DNA from: an uncultured Alphaproteobacteria bacterium
Lineage (GTDB): Bacteria; Pseudomonadota; Alphaproteobacteria; JAJFIK01
Assembly (NCBI GenBank): GCA_964561475.1
Contig: CAZLPU010000005.1
Coordinates: forward strand, 4,425-68,424
Length of the DNA stretch: 64,000 nt
Direction: 5' to 3'
A program made the translations under genes and the position numbers. Below the pieces are notes generated by a model that made no database searches, was not told where the DNA came from, and saw nothing but the letters and a program-made list of their open reading frames with translations. This document shows positions 60,054 through 64,000 of the stretch, piece by piece (positions within the stretch are counted from its first letter, which is position 1; each line of letters starts with the position of its first letter).

Positions 60054-60617
60054 ATGACACTTGAATGGTTCAACACGCGCAAAGCGGCACAAGTAGTGGC
60101 TTTTTTCGCCTGTAAAGAAGGTCGGCCTATCCCTGTGCTAAAGCTGGCGAAACTCATTTATCTCTCTGACCGAAAACATATGGAGCGTACAGGATTCCCG
60201 GTGCTCAATGACCGCCTTGTATCAATGCCACATGGTCCGGTAAACTCGATCACGCTTAATTATATAAGCGGCATGCAGGATGCGGACAATCATGACTGGA
60301 ATACCTTCGTAAAGCCGCGCGTAGATTACTCTGTGGGTGCCGCAAAGAAATTTGAGATCAAAGACTTTGATGAATTAAGTAATGAGGAAATAATTAGCCT
60401 TGAGGTCGTCTGGAAACTATTTGGCCACATGAAAAAGTACGAAATCCGGGACTGGACGCACGAGAACTGTCCAGAATGGGAAGATCCGCTCGGCAGTTCA
60501 ACGCCGATACCCCACGAGCGAGTAATGAAGTATCTCAGTGTCACAGATGCAGAGACTTTCGCCGATGAAATTGAAGTCGAGCGGCGCATTGATGAAGTAT
60601 TCGCATCTTTGCGCTAA
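60054..60617 (+). CDS. Panacea-domain (DUF4065) protein, SocA/PanA-like antitoxin candidate
   Basis: The core LKLAKLIYLSDRKHMERTGFPVLNDRLVSMPHGPV fits the Panacea/DUF4065 pattern (LxKL.Y....G.P......W.YGPV). ~47% GC in a 65% GC genome. Confidence 0.65.
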   Translation: MTLEWFNTRKAAQVVAFFACKEGRPIPVLKLAKLIYLSDRKHMERTGFPVLNDRLVSMPHGPVNSITLNYISGMQDADNHDWNTFVKPRVDYSVGAAKKFEIKDFDELSNEEIISLEVVWKLFGHMKKYEIRDWTHENCPEWEDPLGSSTPIPHERVMKYLSVTDAETFADEIEVERRIDEVFASLR

Positions 60618-60635
60618 TGTCGGCACGTTTGGAAG

Positions 60636-61022
60636 ATGCTGCGAAAAAAAGTAAGTCTACTCATCCCCTCGGGCACATATCACGATCCAGAACGCAAACA
60701 CCTATTTGTGATTTGCACTGATCCCTGCACCAATGGGCTCCAGGTTCTCGTGAATGTGACGACGTGGACAAATAGCCTATGCGATGCAACCTGTCGCCTC
60801 TCTCGCGGTGATCATCCGTTTATACGCCACGACAGTTACATTCTCTATCGAAAGGCGCGTATAGAGCACAATAAAACACTTTTAAGAGGTGTTGAGAATG
60901 GTGTTTTTCTGCCGCGACAACCTTTCAAGGGAGCTGTTTTTGCAAGGATCCAATCGGGGATCGTTTCCTCACCCCACACACCTGGTAGGGTGAAAAATTA
61001 CTTCCAAAACAAAACCCAATAA
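60636..61022 (+). CDS. Hypothetical 128-aa protein, candidate cognate toxin (PanT-like) of the Panacea-domain protein
   Basis: Starts 18 bp after the Panacea gene with a GGAAG Shine-Dalgarno. Same low GC. No recognisable domain. Followed by the CCTAGC-aggaaa-GCTAGG hairpin. Confidence 0.45.
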   Translation: MLRKKVSLLIPSGTYHDPERKHLFVICTDPCTNGLQVLVNVTTWTNSLCDATCRLSRGDHPFIRHDSYILYRKARIEHNKTLLRGVENGVFLPRQPFKGAVFARIQSGIVSSPHTPGRVKNYFQNKTQ

Positions 61023-61327
61023 GGTTTTTCCTAGCAGGAAAGCTAGGTCGCGGGTGGGAGGCATTTTTAGGGAACGCAATCAAGCTAGATTACGGCTCCT
61101 GGATGCTGAAGTGTTCTGATTGCTCGTGAGCCGGATATGAATGCCCTTTATCTTTCGGCTCCAATACGCCATATGGCTTTCTTCGGAAACGAACTGTGAC
61201 TCGCAAGGATCCCATACTGCTTTTCGGGCCAATCTAATGACCATGGGTCTCCGATGTCCGGAAAGTTTGTTGACCGGCCACCACATGGTTGGCCCCGCGC
61301 CCGACTGGCACAGCCGGAGGATTTTCC

Positions 61328-62833
61328 ATGGCCGTCTATGTTGAAGGCTCATCCAGGACATTCAACGAATTCCTGCTGCTGCCCAATCTGACCCGCAAGA
61401 CCGACACCCCCGCCAATGTGGATCTGTCCACGCCCCTCGACCGGTTTGCCCGGGGCGGCCAGCCGCGGATCCGGTTGAACCTGCCCATGACCTCGGCTGT
61501 GATGCAGTCGGTCTCAGGGCCGGATCTGGCGGTGGCCCTGGCCCGGTGCGGCGGGCTGTCGTTCATTTTCCATTCCCAGCCCATTGCCTCCCAGGCGGAA
61601 ATGATCCGCAAGGTGAAGTCCTTCAAGGCGGGCTTTGTGGTGAGCGATTCCAATCTGCGCCCGGATGCGACCATTGCCGACGCGGTGGCCATGTCCAAGC
61701 GCACGGGCCACTCCACCATCGCCATCACCGATGACGGGTCTGCCGGTGGCCGGTTCATGGGCCTGCTCACCCGCAACGACATTCCCATCAAACAGGACCG
61801 CCACGGCGAACCTGTGGACCAGTGGATGACCCGGCCCGAGCAGATGGTCACCGCCCCTTCCGATGTCTCCATGGAAAAGGCCCAGGATCTGATCTTTTCC
61901 TCCAAGCAGCGCTGCCTGCCCGTGATCGACCGGAACGGACGGCTGGTGCATCTGGTGTTCCGGCGGGATTTCGAGACTCAGGAGCAGTTCCCCCACGAAC
62001 TGATCGACAGCGACCGCCGTCTGATGGTCGGTGCCGGGATCAACACCCATGACTATATGGACCGCATCCCCGCCCTCATGGAGGCGGGCGCCGATGTGTT
62101 CTGCATCGACGCCTCCGACGGGTTCAGCGAATGGCAGGGCGATGCCCTGCGCCATGTGCGCAAGACCTACGGGGAAGACGTGATCATCGGCGGCGGCAAT
62201 GTGGTGGAAGAAGACGGCTTTCGCTATCTGGCCGATGCGGGTGCGGATTTCATCAAGATCGGGATCGGCGGCGGTTCCATCTGCATCACCCGGGAGCAGA
62301 AGGGCCTGGGCCGGGGGCAGGCCTCCGCGCTGATTTCCGTGGTGGAAGCCCGGGACCGGTACTACCGGGACAAGGGCATTTATATTCCTCTGTGTTCCGA
62401 TGGCGGCATTCAGCACGATTATCACATCGGTCTCGCCCTTGCGATGGGTGCGGATTTTGTCATGCAGGGCCGCTATTTCGCCCGCTTCGATGAAAGCCCT
62501 GGGCGGAAGATGCGTCTGGGGTCCCGTTACGTGAAAGAGTACTGGGCCGAAGGGTCGGACCGGGCCCGCAACTGGGCCCGCTATGACGTGGGCGGAGAGC
62601 GCAGGCTTCAATTCGAGGAAGGCGTGGACGGCTACGTGCCCTATGCGGGGGACCTCTACAGCAACGTGGCCCGCACCCGCGCGAAGATCACCTCCACCAT
62701 GTGCAATTGCGGCTCCACCTCCATCCCCGAATTCCACCAGAGCGCCCGCCTGATCAACGTCTCCCAGCAAAGCTTCCTGGAGAGCACCTACTCGATCGAG
62801 CGCAAGGAAGGCGAGGACATGCGCTTCGCGTGA
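61328..62833 (+). CDS. IMP dehydrogenase/GMP reductase-family protein (IMPDH-like with CBS pair)
   Basis: GGAGGA Shine-Dalgarno upstream of MAVYVEGSS. IMPDH barrel motifs (GIGGGSICITREQKGLGRGQ, catalytic Cys loop) with an inserted CBS-like region. Divergent from canonical GuaB. Confidence 0.75.
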   Translation: MAVYVEGSSRTFNEFLLLPNLTRKTDTPANVDLSTPLDRFARGGQPRIRLNLPMTSAVMQSVSGPDLAVALARCGGLSFIFHSQPIASQAEMIRKVKSFKAGFVVSDSNLRPDATIADAVAMSKRTGHSTIAITDDGSAGGRFMGLLTRNDIPIKQDRHGEPVDQWMTRPEQMVTAPSDVSMEKAQDLIFSSKQRCLPVIDRNGRLVHLVFRRDFETQEQFPHELIDSDRRLMVGAGINTHDYMDRIPALMEAGADVFCIDASDGFSEWQGDALRHVRKTYGEDVIIGGGNVVEEDGFRYLADAGADFIKIGIGGGSICITREQKGLGRGQASALISVVEARDRYYRDKGIYIPLCSDGGIQHDYHIGLALAMGADFVMQGRYFARFDESPGRKMRLGSRYVKEYWAEGSDRARNWARYDVGGERRLQFEEGVDGYVPYAGDLYSNVARTRAKITSTMCNCGSTSIPEFHQSARLINVSQQSFLESTYSIERKEGEDMRFA

Positions 62834-63302
62834 TCCGGGCGGCGAAAGATCCTGCACTGAGCATCTGAGTGGCCTCACTCCTGGAGTGGATCGCAAAGGT
62901 CATCCCACAATGGACCCTGGTGGCCGGCGCACCAGGGCCGTGCTGCGATCCCGCCGGTTGTCGACGGGTTCTGAGACACTCTAAGAGAGCCGTGTCAGGA
63001 CGCGTGCTCCGTTTCACGACTTTCAGAACCCATTGGAAAAACGGCGGCCATTACGCCTTTCACGAGTGAAGGTTACGCCGCCTTCCCTTCAATCTGGCTG
63101 ACCCCACCAGAAAAACCCGTCTGGGCTGTAATGAAGCTCTCAATCCGGCGTAGACGTCGCATCGGGGGCGCGAACAGCCAGCGACAATGTGGAAATTACG
63201 ATTGTTGGACATGGCCTGGCCCCGGGTCTATGTTCGTGTAGCAGTGCAGCATAATTGTAACCTATGCTGTTTTTTCCTTTCCACTTTGGGGGCATGTTCT
63301 TT

Positions 63303-64000
63303 ATGGCTCAGTTCCATCAAGGGTCTCGTCTGCGTGCTTGTCTGTTTGGCACCGCAGCTCTAGTCAGTGTTGCTCAGGTCTTTTCTGCACCGGTTCACGC
63401 CCAGGACGCGGCAGCGGGCGTAACAGAGGGCGAAGAGGACGAAGTCATCACCGTAACGGCGCGAAAGCGCGGGGCGGAATCTCTGCAGGCCATTCCCGGC
63501 AGCATCCAGGCCATCACCGGCGATGATCTGTCAGGACGGGCCTCCACAGGTTTCGACGACTATTCGCGCTTCGTACCTGGCCTGAGCGCCAACAATTCCG
63601 GCACCGGACAGACCCAGTTGACCATCCGTGGCGTGACGTCCACCCGTCTGAACCACGCCAACCCGAACATTCCGTCTACGGCAGGCATCTATTTCGATGA
63701 AACGGCGGTGACCACCTCCGGCTTCAATCCGGATGCGGGCCTGGTGGACATCGCCCGGATCGAGGTTCTGCGCGGCCCTCAGGGTACCCTGTTCGGCGCC
63801 AGCTCCATGTCCGGCGTGATCCGCGTGATCCCCAATGACCCGCAACTGGGTGAATTCACCGCGGATGCAGGCTTCACCACCTTCCTCACGGACAATGGCG
63901 ACCCGAGCTACAACGGCGATCTGACGGTCAATGTGCCCATCCACGACACTCTGGCCCTGCGGGTTTCGGGCTATGGCATCGAGCGCGGCGGGTATATCGA
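63303..64000 (+). CDS. TonB-dependent receptor (5' partial; continues beyond window end)
   Basis: ATG at 63303, signal peptide (ALVSVAQVFSAPVHAQ), TonB-box-like EDEVITVTA and plug-domain motifs (IEVLRGPQGTLFGASSMSGVIRV). The open frame runs to position 64000 and is absent from the ORF track because it has no stop. Confidence 0.75.
   Translation, partial: MAQFHQGSRLRACLFGTAALVSVAQVFSAPVHAQDAAAGVTEGEEDEVITVTARKRGAESLQAIPGSIQAITGDDLSGRASTGFDDYSRFVPGLSANNSGTGQTQLTIRGVTSTRLNHANPNIPSTAGIYFDETAVTTSGFNPDAGLVDIARIEVLRGPQGTLFGASSMSGVIRVIPNDPQLGEFTADAGFTTFLTDNGDPSYNGDLTVNVPIHDTLALRVSGYGIERGGYI

Noticed and set aside
1-64000. CRISPR arrays, IS elements/transposases, integrases, prophage genes
   Set aside because: I saw no regularly spaced direct repeats with unique spacers, no transposase/integrase-like ORFs and no phage structural genes. 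The two low-GC islets lack recognisable mobility genes.

Overview
This is a high-GC (~65%) chromosomal segment, most likely from an alphaproteobacterium. The clearest taxonomic clue is a tRNA-His(GTG) gene without an encoded G-1 and with A73 and a G1·U72 pair, an arrangement known from alphaproteobacteria. Because of the GC content, nearly every real gene has a long antisense 'shadow' ORF; I rejected those on composition and lack of domain content. The supportable genes are mostly transport and housekeeping. They include a MarC-family protein, an NhaP-type Na+/H+ antiporter and an NSS transporter. There is a peptide-uptake and degradation cluster: an oppBC pair, fused oppDF, oppA, a TonB-dependent receptor, an S9 peptidase and SppA. 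Regulation includes a sigma54-dependent two-component pair (NtrC-like regulator followed by a histidine kinase) and an orphan PAS histidine kinase. Other genes are a MacB/FtsX-type ABC pair, SapC, an XRE regulator, an EEP-family nuclease/phosphatase, an FAD-linked oxidase and a small-alarmone-hydrolase-like HD protein. There is also a TRL lipoprotein, an ICMT-family methyltransferase in an operon with a DUF3365 c-heme lipoprotein, an SSF symporter and an FMO-like oxidoreductase. Iron-related genes are bfd-bfr and fbpB, a hypothetical membrane protein and fbpA. The remainder are AsmA, a NifU-like scaffold, a DUF418 protein, cydDC, cbpA-cbpM, an IMPDH-family protein, and a TonB-dependent receptor truncated at the window end. 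Two short low-GC (~40-47%) islets stand out as horizontally acquired. One (38.7-39.9 kb) abuts the 3' end of tRNA-His and carries a single orphan 199-aa protein. The other (60.0-61.3 kb) lies between cbpM and the IMPDH-like gene. It carries a tight bicistron of a Panacea/DUF4065 (SocA-like antitoxin) protein followed by an unrecognisable 128-aa protein, and this candidate PanA-PanT-type toxin-antitoxin module is the most interesting item in the window. Other observations are three proteins with in-frame short tandem amino-acid repeats, several palindromic candidate operators, a 16-bp non-coding tandem repeat, and a long lower-GC leader upstream of the TonB-dependent receptor.
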